Assembly (NCBI RefSeq): GCF_009914755.1
Contig: NC_060931.1
Source: the human T2T-CHM13v2.0 reference genome, Homo sapiens
Length of the DNA stretch: 64,000 nucleotides
Direction: 5' to 3' (one strand)
The first letter of the stretch is position 1; the number at the start of each line of letters is the position of its first letter. Below the pieces are notes generated by a model that was not told the DNA's origin, searched no databases, and worked only from the letters and a program-made list of their open reading frames with translations. The position numbers and the translations under genes are program-made. This document shows positions 48,590 to 62,576 of the stretch, in pieces.

Positions 48590-48726
48590 CTTCATAGTGG
48601 CTCACATCTATAATCCTAGGGCTTTGGGAGGCTGAGGCTGGAGCATTGCTTGAGGCCAGGGTTCGAAACTAGCCCAGGTGATATAGCGAGATCTCGTCTC
48701 TATTTCAAAAAAGAAAAAAAAAAAAA
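48590..48726 (+). mobile_element. Alu left monomer (FLAM-like)
   Basis: Single arm + A tail; TSD agaattgagcc. Confidence 0.85.
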
Positions 48727-50582
48727 GAATTGAGCCTTTTGTTATTGACGCCCAGGGTCCACTCCAGTGAGTCTGAGTCCTCCCTATTTCCGCCAGGATT
48801 GCTGAGCAACACTGCCACGGAGGGGCTTTCCTGACCCTCATGCTGGGCCTTCAACTCTCCACACGGGCTGTTGGGGTTCCAATTTGGACCCTGAAATCTG
48901 GGCTGATGTGCTCGATGTGACTGTGTGTCTCCCCCCTGTGAAGGCTGGGAGTAAAAGAGACTGTTCATAGCCTCCGAGTCAGCTGCCCTGGCCCTGCTGT
49001 GTGGGGTAGCCCTGTTAGTTCTCACCTCACTTCTCTCTTTGAAGGAACAGATCCTGAAAGGCGTGGTTTAGAGCTCCCCCCGCTTCCCCTTACTGCCATG
49101 GCCTTCTGTGGTCGTGAACAGGCCTGAGGGAGTGTGTAACGTGAGCACACCACCCTTGCAGCATGAATCCTGAACCTTAAGGTTAAGCCTGTTACTCTGC
49201 ACCCAACTCAATGGAAACATTTCCTAGCAAGCATTTGAGTTAAGTAAGCTGAGATGCTGTAGGATGTTGACCAGGCCTGTGAGGAGAACTGAATGCCTTT
49301 GTCTCCAGTCTTGGTAGATTTGAGGTTGTAATCAGCTGACCCTGTTTCTCTGTGTCATCAAAGAACACAGGGTTGTGTAGCACTTCTTGCCTGTCAGTCT
49401 TCTTAAAATTCCGCTAGAGTATATCCAAGATACCCAGAAGATGGCATTAGAATATGTTTCAGGGATGCTAAGAAACTTTAAACTTAATACCACGAGAGCG
49501 TCTTTGGAGGTCCTTGAGAGAGCCATTCCTTCCACGGTGTGCTCAGTGCCAGCTGGGCGGCCCACCTCGTGCTTCCCGTAGGCAGCAAGTATCTGGGGGT
49601 CACCTGCTGCTATGCGGAGGCCAGCTCTAAGGACACATATCAACACAAAGGTGTCCAAGAACATTCATCTTACCAGATACCCAGGAAACACTTCGCATCC
49701 CTCAGGCTGCCTGTCGGTGCAGGGCGGGAATCGTTAGCGACTTCTCTCGCAGCAGCAGCAGCATCCTGGCGGCTTCAGTCCTCCCACCTGACTCTGCTTT
49801 TCCTTTCTTCCCCGGGACCTATCACTTTATAACCTACCATGTCATTTACTTATTATGGTTGCTTATTGTTTTCTGACTCCCAGCTAGAGTGTAATCTTGG
49901 CAGGGATCTGTGTGTTTCGCTACCTTGTGTATCCCAAGTGCCTAGACAATAAATCTGTGTTGATTGAGGGACTTAGAATACCCAGTCAACAAGGTACACT
50001 GTCTCTAGGCAAAGAGATGGTGTCAGTGGAGCTGATGACAGTGCTGTGGCCAGCTCCACACCAGATTAACAACCAGCAGGTTGACAGTGGCCACCCGGCT
50101 TGTGGCGTGCTGGGACCCAAATGGGACCCAAAGAAGCCGCTGCAGTCAGGTTTAGGGTGTAGACAGTGCCGCACTCGGTAGTTGAGCTTGCAGCACGGGT
50201 CCGCTGGTCCAGTGTGGACCACAGTGAGGTGCCAGAGCAGGCCATAGGAGGCATCTGAGAGGAACAAGGCAAGACGAGGTGCTTTCTAGACACCTGTAGA
50301 CATCATTTCAGATATGATAGCGATAGAATTGGATAGACCAAGGCTGAGATTAATAGCTGAGTTGCAGAGAAAGCAGACTTACCTGTCCGAAGTCCAAGTG
50401 TAACCATGTCTAACATGAAAGACGATGGAATGTGAGGCTTGATGCATATCCACACTAGAGTTACGGTGGGGGCGGTTCTGATCCCAGGGTGTGTTTGCTC
50501 ATGGGCTTCCTGGTTATTTGTCTGAGGGCAGAGACACTGGGCAGTTGTTAATGCCTGGCAACATCTTTGTGTGTGTATGCAG

Positions 50583-50756
50583 GAGAAATACTGTTACATT
50601 TGCCCCGATATAGTCAAGGAATTTGCCAAGTATGATGTGGATCCCCGGAAGTGGATCAAACAGTACACGGGTATCAATGCGATCAACCAGAAGAAGTTTG
50701 TTATAGACGTTGGTTACGAAAGATTCCTGGGACCTGAAATATTCTTTCACCCGGAG
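50583..50756 (+). CDS. ACTR3B: ACTR3B coding exon 8 (174 nt): [58 protein letters not shown]
   Basis: atgcag|GAG AAA ... CCG GAG|gtgaga; inside ORF 50571..50906. Confidence 0.97.
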
Positions 50757-52270
50757 GTGAGATGTTTCCTTTTTTGTGTGCTCAAGTGTGGGATGGAGCG
50801 ATACTGCCACCCAGAGTGTAGAAAGAGCAGTTCCCAGCGAAGGGCCTGTGAGCAGGGTGGCCGTCATTCGGTCTCTCTGCATCCCCCGTGCAGTTTGTCT
50901 GCTTGACAGATTGTTCAGTTTGCCTCTCCGTAGAGCTGGTTATCTGTTTTAATAGTTAAGGATGGGTTATACCACAAATAGGAAGACTTTTAGGAGCAAT
51001 AGATGACAATAGAATTAAAAGTAATCTCCAAGGGTTGTGGGTGGTCACATGCCAGCATTACAAGTAGCTACTCTCAAGGCCTATATGGAGGTTGCCTGTG
51101 CATAAGAGTGGGATAATATGTAACCTTTCTATCTTTGGTGATTGCCCTTCCTAACTTCTAATTTTAACCCTGGACAGTTGGTCCTGCTCTATTCCCTGCT
51201 GCAAGTTAGGTAAAGCTTCTGTCTAAGGCCAGCATTTCTATTATTTAGATAATCTTAAGAATTAGAAATGTCATCATTTTAACTAGTAGTCATAAGGAAT
51301 TATTAGTGCTTTTGCAGAAAGCAGTAATTAAGAGGCACATTTTAAGATTTACATATAATGCATTTTATTTATATTTTGGTATATATTCCTGGCTAATTCA
51401 GTTTATATTCAGTAGGTGGGTTACAAACTGCTGTTTGTTTTTAGATGTGTATATGACTATTTTGTACAGAGAAACAGCATAGAATGTGTTCCTCGCTAGT
51501 AATCTGAATAATAAAATAATAATGATAATCTAGTGAATGCTCACTTTTAATATGTTGATTTGAAATGGACATAGAACAGTCAAATGTCCAGTGAACAGCT
51601 GGTGAGCAACTGAATATCCTCCTCCTTCCTCTGAGAGTGCACATTCAAGCTTACTTTGATTTTTTAAAATATTTCAAATGAAATGTAATTGAGTTGAATT
51701 TGTTATACTTTAGCTTATTTAACTTATGGAATTGAATCTATGGCTGTTTATTCAATAACATGATTATCATGTGGATTGTTTCATGTTAAACAAACCCTTC
51801 TCATTAAACAAAACACTTCCCTGCATCTTCTAGACCAGGTTTAATTAATCTTTCATTGAACCTATTTCTTTTTCCTTATATACTAATTTTCTCATAATAC
51901 GAATATTGTCAAATGATATGTCAAAGTCATGTTTCTCACTGCGTGTCACATAGATCGTGCACATACTCTCCACTGCTCTTAGTAGACTGAATCACTGTGT
52001 ATTCATGGGGTGGGGGTGGTCTGTCTGTGATGTTGTTGGTATTTTTTCTTCACTAAATCCATACATTTTACCTCATGAGGAGAAATGTGTCATCACCGCT
52101 CCACGCACATGTAGTCACATGGGATTCATTTGACATATCCTTCATTCCAATGTGAATTCTTTTAAGTTATAATAAATTGTATATTTGTTAAAGTTACTTT
52201 AAAGAAGTGTGCATGTTGTTCTATTTGAGAGAAATGTGTAATGTTTCTTTTATATTGATACACAATTCAG

Positions 52271-52363
52271 TTTGCCAACCCAGACTTTATGGAGTCCATC
52301 TCAGATGTTGTTGATGAAGTAATACAGAACTGCCCCATCGATGTGCGGCGCCCGCTGTATAAG
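52271..52363 (+). CDS. ACTR3B: ACTR3B coding exon 9 (93 nt): [31 protein letters not shown]
   Basis: attcag|TTT GCC ... TAT AAG|gtatga; [13 protein letters not shown] Arp3 motif. Confidence 0.97.
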
Positions 52364-52544
52364 GTATGAGCTGCCTGGGTAAGGTACTTTGATTTCATTC
52401 CACAATTAAAGGCCCATAATTCTTAGAAGACGGTATTACTGTCTATTACTAGTAAATATCCCTGTTTCACCTTCTGTTTCATAGGATTTGTTAAAGACAA
52501 TATAATTGTAAGAGAAAATGGAAATATGACTCAGTTAACTAGAA

Positions 52545-52879
<335 letters not shown>

Positions 52880-54186
52880 TAAATATATTTTATTATTATC
52901 TGACAAGATATATTTTAAGGTGGACAGTTTTAGCCACAAATATCGATGGAAAGTAAGAGCGGTGCCCTCCCCCATGCTTTCCGTGAATTCCATTGGTTTC
53001 GTTTCATGCATATTTGGGTTTGGTGCCAATGTGGTGTCATCACATAGAAGTTAGAGCCCAAAATGGGACAGTCAGATAGAATATGCTCATGTATTATTAT
53101 GATTTTTTTCAAAATTCTTAGATTTCAGGGAATTTTGAAACCTGGAATGAGGAAAATCTAGTCTATATGATTATTGAGTAAAAAGAAATCCTACTGACAG
53201 CCCGAGATGGTGAGCAGGAGGTGATGGGCAATTAGCCTTCCTGCACCTTTAATCAGTCTTTGCTTGAGTGAGTCGCGCCGTCAGCTCAGTGGCATGACTC
53301 ACTCGCCTTACTCAGACTCAGGTCGCTGAATTGTACAGAGAAGAGAATCAGGCTCAACTGACAGCACTCAGCATTGCGTCACCTGTGCCGTGGAATACTA
53401 TGTAGCTTTTTAAAAGAATGAGGTAAATCAATATAAATTCAGATGAAAAGATAGCTATAGTATATATTAAGTGAAAAAGGAACTTGTAAAATTTACATAT
53501 ATTTCATTTTATATAAAATATATAGTTTGCGTATTTTTTGAATTATGTATGCTAAACTCTTAAAGTAAATAAAATATCTTTGGGGTGGAATGATGGATAA
53601 CTTTTACTTTCTCCATTTTGTGTTTTAAAGTTGTTTGAAATTTTACTGTTAAGATTTTTTTATAATTAAAATTTTTTTCTGTTTAGATAACTTTTGAGGG
53701 TGTAAACAAATTACAGTTCAGTTTTTGCTGCATATTCTTAAACACTTGTCTAATACAAAGTACAAAGAAAGGGGAACTAGAAAGAGACTGGAGTATGCAA
53801 ATGAAGAAAGCTAGCGGGTCATGTCCTTCCCACTTCAATCCCACCTGACATTAGCTGTGTCTCCTCATCAGTGAAAGCAGCAGCAGGGAACACTGTTCAA
53901 TCTTAATCCCATCATAAAGCAGAGGAAACTGCCAGCAGTTACAGATTGCTCCTCACGGGGTGGGAATTTTCTTGTTTGACAGTTTAGCTCCCTGGACTTT
54001 ATAGAAGTTTTGGAGCAGAGATGGTCTTGGAGACCATGTAGATGGAGCCCCTTATTTAGTAGATAATGACACTGAGCCCCAGAGTTGGGAAAAGGTGGCG
54101 AAAGGCGCCTGGGTTATGTGCTAGGTGAGATCATGTGGCTGCCAAGTGGCACGGTTGGCTTTTAAGCCCGTTTCCCGCATCTTTGA

Positions 54187-54433
<247 letters not shown>

Positions 54434-54714
54434 TAATCATTTCTTCTCTGTGGCTTTCAGAAGGGTGTAGCTTGGCCCTGGCTGTCAAGTTTGTGCAGAA
54501 TAAATCCTGTCTTCCCTCAGCCGTCTTGGTTTTTTTGAACAGGACCTCTCCAGTGTTATGAGTGCCTTGCAAGTGATAGAGAATTCACGTAGGATTGAGA
54601 GGTGGAAGGATTGAATGTCCTGGGGCTGGCCATGCTTTCTCGTTTGTCACATAGCTGAACTCTATACCCCGTTGTGGGAAAGGAGAGACACAAAGGAGGT
54701 CACCTCCTTTGCCA

Positions 54715-55060
54715 CCTAAGTTAGAGTAGACCAGAATATGTTATGATAAAAATTAATCCAAAATCTCAGTGTTCAGCAGCAAAGGTTTATTTCTTTGCAC
54801 GTGGTTCACGTCTGGTGTGGTCGGCAGTAGGCTCCACCACCGTGTTGTGGCTGCCCTTCTGGAACACATCGCCTCAGGTCCCCGCTGCCGGGGAGGAGAC
54901 AGCTGGTGCGCCATTCCACCCCTCCTCCCCGGGCCGTCACGTGGGCCAGCCTCCACCGGGCACTGGAAGCGGGAGGGTGATAGAATGTTTGGTGGGCACC
55001 ACTGCCTCTCCTGTAGCCACGAAGAAAGGGACTTCTTTCCAAAGTATGGGTCTTGATGAC
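54715..55060. mobile_element. Old MLT1-type LTR (tentative)
   Basis: aaaatctcagtg...aaaggtttatttctt leader typical of old MLT1 LTRs. Confidence 0.45.
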
Positions 55061-55164
55061 TAAGTTGAAGTTTAATATTGAGGCCTAAGAATGCCCGTTT
55101 CTGTGCGTTAGCCTGCCAGGTAACAGCTGCTGTAGTGTTTTTTTTCCCCATGGTGATATGAGAC

Positions 55165-55340
55165 CGGGAGTTGGCCAACTTTTTCTGTAAAGGGCCAGAT
55201 GGTGAATCATTTTGGCTCTGCAGGCCGTATGGTCTGTGCTGCATTTATTCAGTTCTGCCAGAGCAGCCGAAGACCGTGTTGAACGACTAGGAGTGGCTGG
55301 GTTCCTATAAAGTTTTATTTACAAAAGCAGGAGAGAGCCT
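55165..55340. mobile_element. MER58A-like hAT DNA transposon
   Basis: gttggccaactttttctgtaaagggccagat...gcaggccgtatggtctgtg...ttttatttacaaaagcagg. Confidence 0.8.
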
Positions 55341-56199
55341 GTTGTAGACATGTGAGGAGTTACTTATGGAAGCCTCGTTCTAATACTGTCCGGGTTGGCC
55401 TGTGATAATTATCTGCGGACCCTCTTCAGGCGGGGCATGTTGAGGCGTGGCCTTTGCTAGTTCCTCAGCAAGTCAGTGCTGCCTTTAGGAAAGACTGTGG
55501 AAGAGTCACTGCCGAGCTCTGCTCACAGCCCAGGGTAGAGTCACACACTACTCTAGGGCTCCTGCTGACTTGGTTTCTGGAAGCTGTCAGCCCTCCCAGA
55601 TGGACTCTCGCTGTGTGGGATGGAGTAGGGTCCCTCCAGAAGCAGCGTCTGAGCAGTGAAGCTGCACTGACGAGGTTCGCTCCTGCTCGGTGCACTCCCT
55701 GCTACGCTCCCTTCTGTAACTCCTGCTCCTTAGTGCGGTGGAGAGCATGCCCCGAATCGTCTGTGTTAGCAAGTGCACAGATCAGTAGGTCTGTGGGTTT
55801 TTAAAAATAATTCTAAAACACTGTTCTGGTTAGAAGACATGCTGCAAATACTTCTGCAGAGCACGCAGTCACCTTTCTCTGGACGGCCGCTCATTCCTGT
55901 GTCTTAGGGGTGTGCCTTTCCTCTTGGTTCACTATGCAGTGCTTCCAACCTGCTGGGCCACTCTTGCCGGGTAAGACGCTCACTCTCCAGGAGTGATGGT
56001 GCCGATTCCTGACCTCGGCTACCTGTGTGCTTTCACTGGTTCCACAGCCTCGTTTGGTCAGCTGTGCTAGCCACATAGACCAACAGAGTGGGTGCCCTGA
56101 AGATGTGCTTTTGGCTTCAGAAGAGGTCGTCTCTCTCCCTCTGCCACACCTGCGCCTTGAGGTGCTCGTCTGGGCCAGTGGGGGTTTTTTCTCCTAGCT

Positions 56200-56650
56200 T
56201 TATTGAAATATAATTTTTAATTTTTATGAGTACTTAATAGGTATATTTTTGAGGTATATTGACAAGTAAAAATTGTGTGTGTGTGTATATATATATATAC
56301 ACACACACACACACATCAAGAGCAGGAAAATTGTGCATATTTAAGGTGCACAGTGTGATGATTTGATACAGGTATGTACATCGTGGAATGCTTACCACAA
56401 TCAAGCTAATGAAGACATCCATCACCTCACACAGCTACCTTTTTCAGTGTGTACAGTGAGAATATGTAAGATTCCTCTCAGCAGATTTCCACTACACCGT
56501 ACCCTCTTCCTAACTGTACTCACCATGCTGGAATTAGGCCTTCAGAGCTTGCCCATCTTCTGACTACAAGTTTGTTCCCTTTGACTAACATCTCCCCACT
56601 CCGCAGCCCCTGGTAACTACCATTCCACTCTCTGCTTCTGTGAGTTTGAC
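56200..56650 (-). mobile_element. L1 3' end (L1MA-like) with embedded dinucleotide repeat
   Basis: aaaattgtgcatatttaaggtgcaca...caatcaagctaat...agcccctggtaactaccattccactctctgcttctgtgagtttgact. Confidence 0.8.
56274..56316. repeat. (TG)n(TA)n(CA)n compound microsatellite
   Basis: 43 bp of unbroken purine-pyrimidine alternation. Confidence 0.95.
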
Positions 56651-56849
56651 TAAAAATTCAGAATCTTTAAACAAGCAAAACAGTTTTTTTAGATGAAAGT
56701 AGCCATCATCTGTCCGATTTTTATTTCCGTCTGACGTGTAGATGAGAAGGGTATTTACACATCTGCTTTATGTGTTCCGCCTCCAGAAATGACAGGGGTG
56801 GGGCCTGCGGGGAAGCCTCCGTGTGAGAGCAGGTGAAAATCAGCCTGGG

Positions 56850-57010
56850 CCCACCGTGGGCTTCATCCAGGAGCTGTAAAATGGACCGGAGTCTGGGTCC
56901 CACCCTGGGAGATTCTGATGTAATTGGGCTTGGGCTGGGTGGAGCCTGGACACCTGGATGGTAAAAGCTTCCCAGGTGACTCTAATGTGCTTCTAACTTG
57001 AGGACCGCCA
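56850..57010. mobile_element. MER5A-family element
   Basis: ctgggtcccaccctgggagattctgatgtaattgg...aaaagcttcccaggtgactctaatgtgc. Confidence 0.75.
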
Positions 57011-57793
57011 TCAGCGCCAGCCCACTCTTGGATCAGCCAGCGTTTAGTAACTTGCACGCTTTACTTGAGGGGGAAGCCAGTTTGAATTGCTTTGTAATGT
57101 AATGGATGTCTTTCTACTTCTCAGTTCTATTCAGGAGGTACTTGAGTACCTACTAGGTACAAGACACTGTTGTTAAATTAGGGGATTTAAGTATGTACGA
57201 GATGATTCGGTTCTTGCCTTCAAGAGCTTATAAAAAAGCTAAAAATACGGAAATAACTCTAATGGGAACCACTACAAGCTAAATGTCATTAAAGTGAATC
57301 ATGCAAATTATGGTAATTGAGAGAAGGGACAGATTGCATTTAATTAGAGGGGATCAAGAAAGTCTTTGAGAAGCTGCCATCTGAGCTGAGTCTGAGAGCT
57401 TGGCCTGCAGAGCTGGGGGTGGGTGGACAGGCCAGGTGGAGGGAAGATAATGAGCGCAGATAGAAGGAGAGTGGGCAGATGCCTGCGGTGCCTGTTTTGA
57501 CCAGAGCCTACGGTGGTGGGGAAGGTAGTGGGAAACAAACCTAGGAGGGAGGGTGGGGCCAGCAATAAAATATCTTTAGCCTGCTCCAGCAGTCTGGGTC
57601 CAGCAGTGGGTTGGGAGTTGTTAAAAACTCTTCATGAAGTTTGTGAAGCAGATGTAAATACATCCTGCTATAGCAAAGGGATTGATTTTTCTGTAACAAA
57701 TTGCTTGAATTGAATATATATAATTATGTTAATGCATTTTAAACTAGAGAAGCCTGTTGCAGGGTAAATGAGTTATAGATATAAAATAAATAA

Positions 57794-58087
<294 letters not shown>

Positions 58088-58714
58088 TCTATTTTTAATT
58101 TTTAATGTTTAAGAGTATGTTTAAATACCTTAATATTTGGAGAGAGAAAATCAGAAAAAAATACATATCATTGGTTTTTTCATCTTTTCAAATAGGTCTT
58201 TTATTCAGATGAAGTCCTGGTTGAAGTGTAATATTTGAACAGATAAAAAGGTAGCTGCTCTGGTTTGGTCAGGCTAGTGGGCAGAGAAGGTTCCAGAGCT
58301 CTGCTCTTTTAGCCCCAGTTCCACACTAATATTCCTCATAACTTCTATTTGATGCTTCCTGTTGATAAATCCCCAAATGGCATGATTTTGTCTTACTGGG
58401 AAGGGAAGGCTGATGTTAACAACTGGAAATTGGACATTGACTTGCCCAGCTCACAAGAACATTAAGACACCTGTTGCCGTGGGAGGCTGGTGGAGATGTG
58501 GATGGCGGAGCTCTGCCACTGTGGCAACATCGAGTAATGTCAGTGAGCACCTGCAGAGCGCCAGGTCCCACTGCGGGCGCTGAGCAGCCAGGGCATGTCA
58601 GGGCTGTGCTGGGAGAGCCGCAAGAGCCCAGGGTGGGCCTCCGTGTGGACAGGAGTGTGAGGATCTGGGTCCGTGCTCTCCAGTGGTGCTCGGTGGTGAT
58701 GGCAGTGTCTGTCT

Positions 58715-58835
58715 CTGTGCTGCCCAGGGTGGCCACTGAGCCCCTGAAATGTGACTGGTGCAGCTGAGGAACAGCGTTTTAAACTTTAACTATTGTGAGT
58801 TAAAATTGCCATATGTGGCTGATGGCCGTCCTACA
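58715..58835. mobile_element. MER3-like hAT fragment
   Basis: gtggccactgagcccctgaaatgtgactggtgcagctgaggaac...gccatatgtggct. Confidence 0.6.
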
Positions 58836-58879
58836 GGACGACTCAGATCAACTCAGGTCGGAGTGAAGGCTGGTGTGAC

Positions 58880-59730
58880 CTGGTCAGTGCAGGGAATGCA
58901 GCATGGGAGGGGAAGGGTTTTCCAGCAGCAGGATCTGTGTGCAGCACTAGGGTGAAGGAGAAGTAGCGCAATCCTGTGGGTCTGGAGGGAATTTAGCCTC
59001 CCTGGACCTCATGTTTGAACATGGGAATGGGGAGTGTGAAGCCTGGGATGCGCTTGGGGCCAGATTACACAGGGCTTATGGGGAAGGCACAGGGGCCAAC
59101 ATTATCAACTGGGGCTCCGAGGAAAGACAGACATATCCACCTGGAGGGGCCTCGCATGGAGTTAGATTTTATCCTGAGGGTGTTGATGATTTTCTGCAGG
59201 AGTGTAATGTGACCCAACTTAAGTTCTAGAAAAGTGCTTGGGCTGCACCAGGGGATGTGGATTGGAGATGGAGTCTGGATTTAGGAAGGCCATTGTAGAA
59301 CCACGCGGAGGCAGGACAGTGCCCGTATTGGGAAATGGCTGTAGGTGGCTCATGGAGGAAGCCGGGAGAGGAGAGAGGCTCCAGAGCATAGGTGAGAGCT
59401 TGACAAGTGGGAGGAAAAGGTTCAGGGTTCTTGCTGCTTATCTAGGAGGGTGGGGGGTCATTTACTGACAGGAGATACAGGAGCGGGGCACCCTTCTGAG
59501 GCAGCGGAAGACTAGGTCTAGTTTGGTGGAGATGTTGAGTTGCAGTTGTAGGTTGGAGGCTTTGCAGGTCTGGGCCAGACATAGAGATTTGAGGACCAAA
59601 GGTGTGCTCACAGAAATAAAAGGTCTGCAAATGGATGTCACCAAGGGAGAGTAGCAGGTGAGGACAAGACGGCCTTAGCCTGAACCAGCAGAAAGGTCAG
59701 GCTTTTAAGGATGAGCAGAGAAAGAAGGGC
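58880..59730 (+). mobile_element. L2 fragments
   Basis: Purine-rich L2 phrases (gccagattacacagggctt, ggagttagattttatcctgaggg, agtttggtggagatgttgagtt). Confidence 0.55.
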
Positions 59731-59738
59731 AGAGAGAT

Positions 59739-60230
59739 TGTTAGTCAGGGCTCTTTAGAAACAGAACCAATAGCGGGTATCTCACGATCTCTTTTTCTTT
59801 TAAGAGATGGGGTCTTGCTGTGTTGACCAAGCTGGTCTTGAACTCCTGGGCTCGAGCCTCCCAAAGTGCTGGAATTACAGATGTGAGCCACCACACCTGG
59901 CCACTATCTCTATCTCTACATTATCTATAAACTGTAAGGAATTGGCTTGCTTTCAGGCTGGCAAGTCCAAAATTTGTAGGAAGCCTGGCAGGCTGGAAAC
60001 TCAGGCAGAATTCCTTCTCGGGGAAATGCATTCTTTCTTGAGGAAATCTCAGTTTTTGTTCTTGAGACCTTCAGCTGACTGGATGAGGCCCAACCACATT
60101 ATAGAGGGTCATCTTTCCTTAATGTTGACCACATCCACAAAACACCCTCACAGCAACACCTTGGTTAGTGTCTGGTTAAATCACTGGGTGCTGTGCCCTG
60201 GCCAAGTTGACACACAAAATTAACTGTCAC
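59739..60230. mobile_element. MLT2 (ERVL) solo LTR with a partial antisense Alu at ~59791-59902
   Basis: ttagtcagggctct..agaaacagaaccaatag...aaggaattggct...ggatgaggccc...gccaagttgacacacaaaattaac. Confidence 0.82.
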
Positions 60231-61389
60231 GGAAGTCAAGAAGGAGTCGCCTGAGAAGAGAAAGAAAACTCTAGAAGCCAGGGGGCCCTGTTAAGTGGCA
60301 CTGAGAGGTCACACAGGATGAGGGTCAAGAGGTAGCCCTTGGGTTCACCACACAGGGGTGAGCAGCCTTGTGAGAGAAGCTGGGCAGAGGCCAAATCACA
60401 GCAGTTGCAGGCCGAAGAGGGGGTGGTTAGAGGAAAGAAGACGTGTGGGTAATCCTTGTAAGAAATTTGCCATTAATTGTTATGTCCCTTCCCATCAGGC
60501 GGCCGTTGAGGGCTGGACCTGGAGATTGGCTTGGATTTCTCCTAGGACACCGTTGGGTATCATAACAGCCCGTATTTTAGACACAGATTTGTTCAGACTT
60601 CGCTGGGATTGCAGTCCCTGGGTTCAGTTCAGCAGTAAAAAGCTCCGGTTCCTAAGGAAGTAAAACTTTTCAAGAACACAATATAGAAAGAGCAGGGGCT
60701 TCTAATAGGGCTGTCCTCTTAACCTGTGGTGGTCTTTGGCATGTAAATAGCAGGGAGAGGGGAAGGCGTGTCTGTGAGCGGTTCTTTACCTTGCACCTGC
60801 AGTTACAGAGGATGGCTGATAGGTGGCACTGTGTGTCTGTTAAATGGAGTTAAGAAGAGCGCCTCTTAGTATTACAGGAATGAAAATTTTTGTTATTTTT
60901 AATACCGCATTTGATATTAAGCACTTGCTGTTAATATAGATTTTATTTCCAATCTTTCTGACATAAATTTCAGGAGATGAATGGGTTACGTGTGGCGTTT
61001 ATAATGGTATGTGCTGTGACATTCTTTACCAGCATAAAGACAGGGCCTTTCCATCTGCAGAGGTGGTTTAAAATGGAGATTTTTATTTGGCATCATAAAA
61101 TATACATTTATCCGGCAAGGTAAGGTTGCGGGCTATTGAGGAATTCAGTCGATATAGTGAACTGAATAAATAGACGGTGGCTGACCCCGGGTGGGAAGCA
61201 AGGTGTGCCGTGAGACGGGGTTGAAGGGAGGAGGGTGGTCAGAGGTTCACCGAAGAGAACTTAGACTCTACAGATGAGCAGAGTGCATGATTTCCAATCT
61301 AAAATTCATGTTCAATTTAGAAAATTTGAGATTTTCTAAATTGTAAAAAAACACTTTTACAAAGGAGAATTTACTCCTTTGTAGTCGCT

Positions 61390-61692
61390 GTTTTTGTTTT
61401 TTTTTTTTTTGAGACAGAGTTTTCGCTCTTGTCGCCCAGCCTGGAGTGCAGTGGTGTAATCTCCAGTGACTGCAGCCTCTGCCTCCTGGGTTCAAACAAT
61501 TCTTCAGCCTCAGCCTCCCAAGTAGCTGGGATTACAGGTGCCCGCCACCACGCCTGGCTGATTTTTGTATTTTTAGTAGAGACGGGGTTTCGCCATGTTG
61601 GCCAGGCTGGTCTCGAACTCCTGACCTCAGGTGATCTGCCTGCCTCGGCCTCCCGAAGTGCTGGGATTACAAGTGTGAGCCACGGCGCCCGG
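61390..61692 (-). mobile_element. Alu (AluS-type)
   Basis: Antisense dimer; TSD gtcgctgttt. Confidence 0.95.
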
Positions 61693-62576
61693 TTGTCGCT
61701 GTTTATGTTATTACTTCATCTTTCCCTTTTATTTTCATGAACTGTAAATAGGTAGATAGATATGTCCTGTTGTATTTATGTTTCATATGCTATGTATTAA
61801 CAGCATTATGTTGTGAGCCCTTTCTTAAGCGATTGAAATTCTTTAAAAACATGATTTGTAATGAGGCCTGATGCTCCATGCTGTGTCTGTTTCGATACCA
61901 ACTCTTTTTTCTGTATTTAGGTTTTTGACACTCTTCTAGCTTAGGTCAAGATTTATTGCATTACCAGGACATGTATGCTTTTCTGGCATAATCTGGCATA
62001 CACTGGAGTCTGTAACTAATGGTGCTTTTTGAGTCAAATGATTGTGATTTGAGAATCTGCTGGCGAGTGAAGCAGATACTTTCTGGCTAAAATGCTGACC
62101 TGGCTTAGCCAGTTTTTGAATGCGTTTGGATTTCCAGTTGCAGTTCTGAGTGGGCTGTGGGAGGGAATGACTGTGGGCTGGTGTCCAGAAAGTGTCCAGA
62201 AGACTGCTGACCGCCAGAACGTCATCCAGGAGATCTGCTGATTTCTCACACTGTATCAAAAGTGATAAGGGATCACTTTGTTTTCTGAATTAAGTGTTTT
62301 TTTTTTTAGAATCGATCATATTGGATTTTGGCTTTTGTGGGAAGCGTTTTGAGCAGTATTATTTTTAGTTTGTCGTGGTTAAGAGTATAGGCGTCAGGGC
62401 CAAGCCGCGTGGGTCTCCACGTGGGCTGAGCCGCTTCCTAGCATCGTGACTGCACTCATTCCCCAGCCCCTGCGTCCTCAGGTGCAGGATGGGCCAGGCG
62501 TAAGCGTCTCATGGAATTATTAGGTCACCCTTACACAGGCTGAAGTGTAGTGCTTGATATGTGATAGATATTACTA

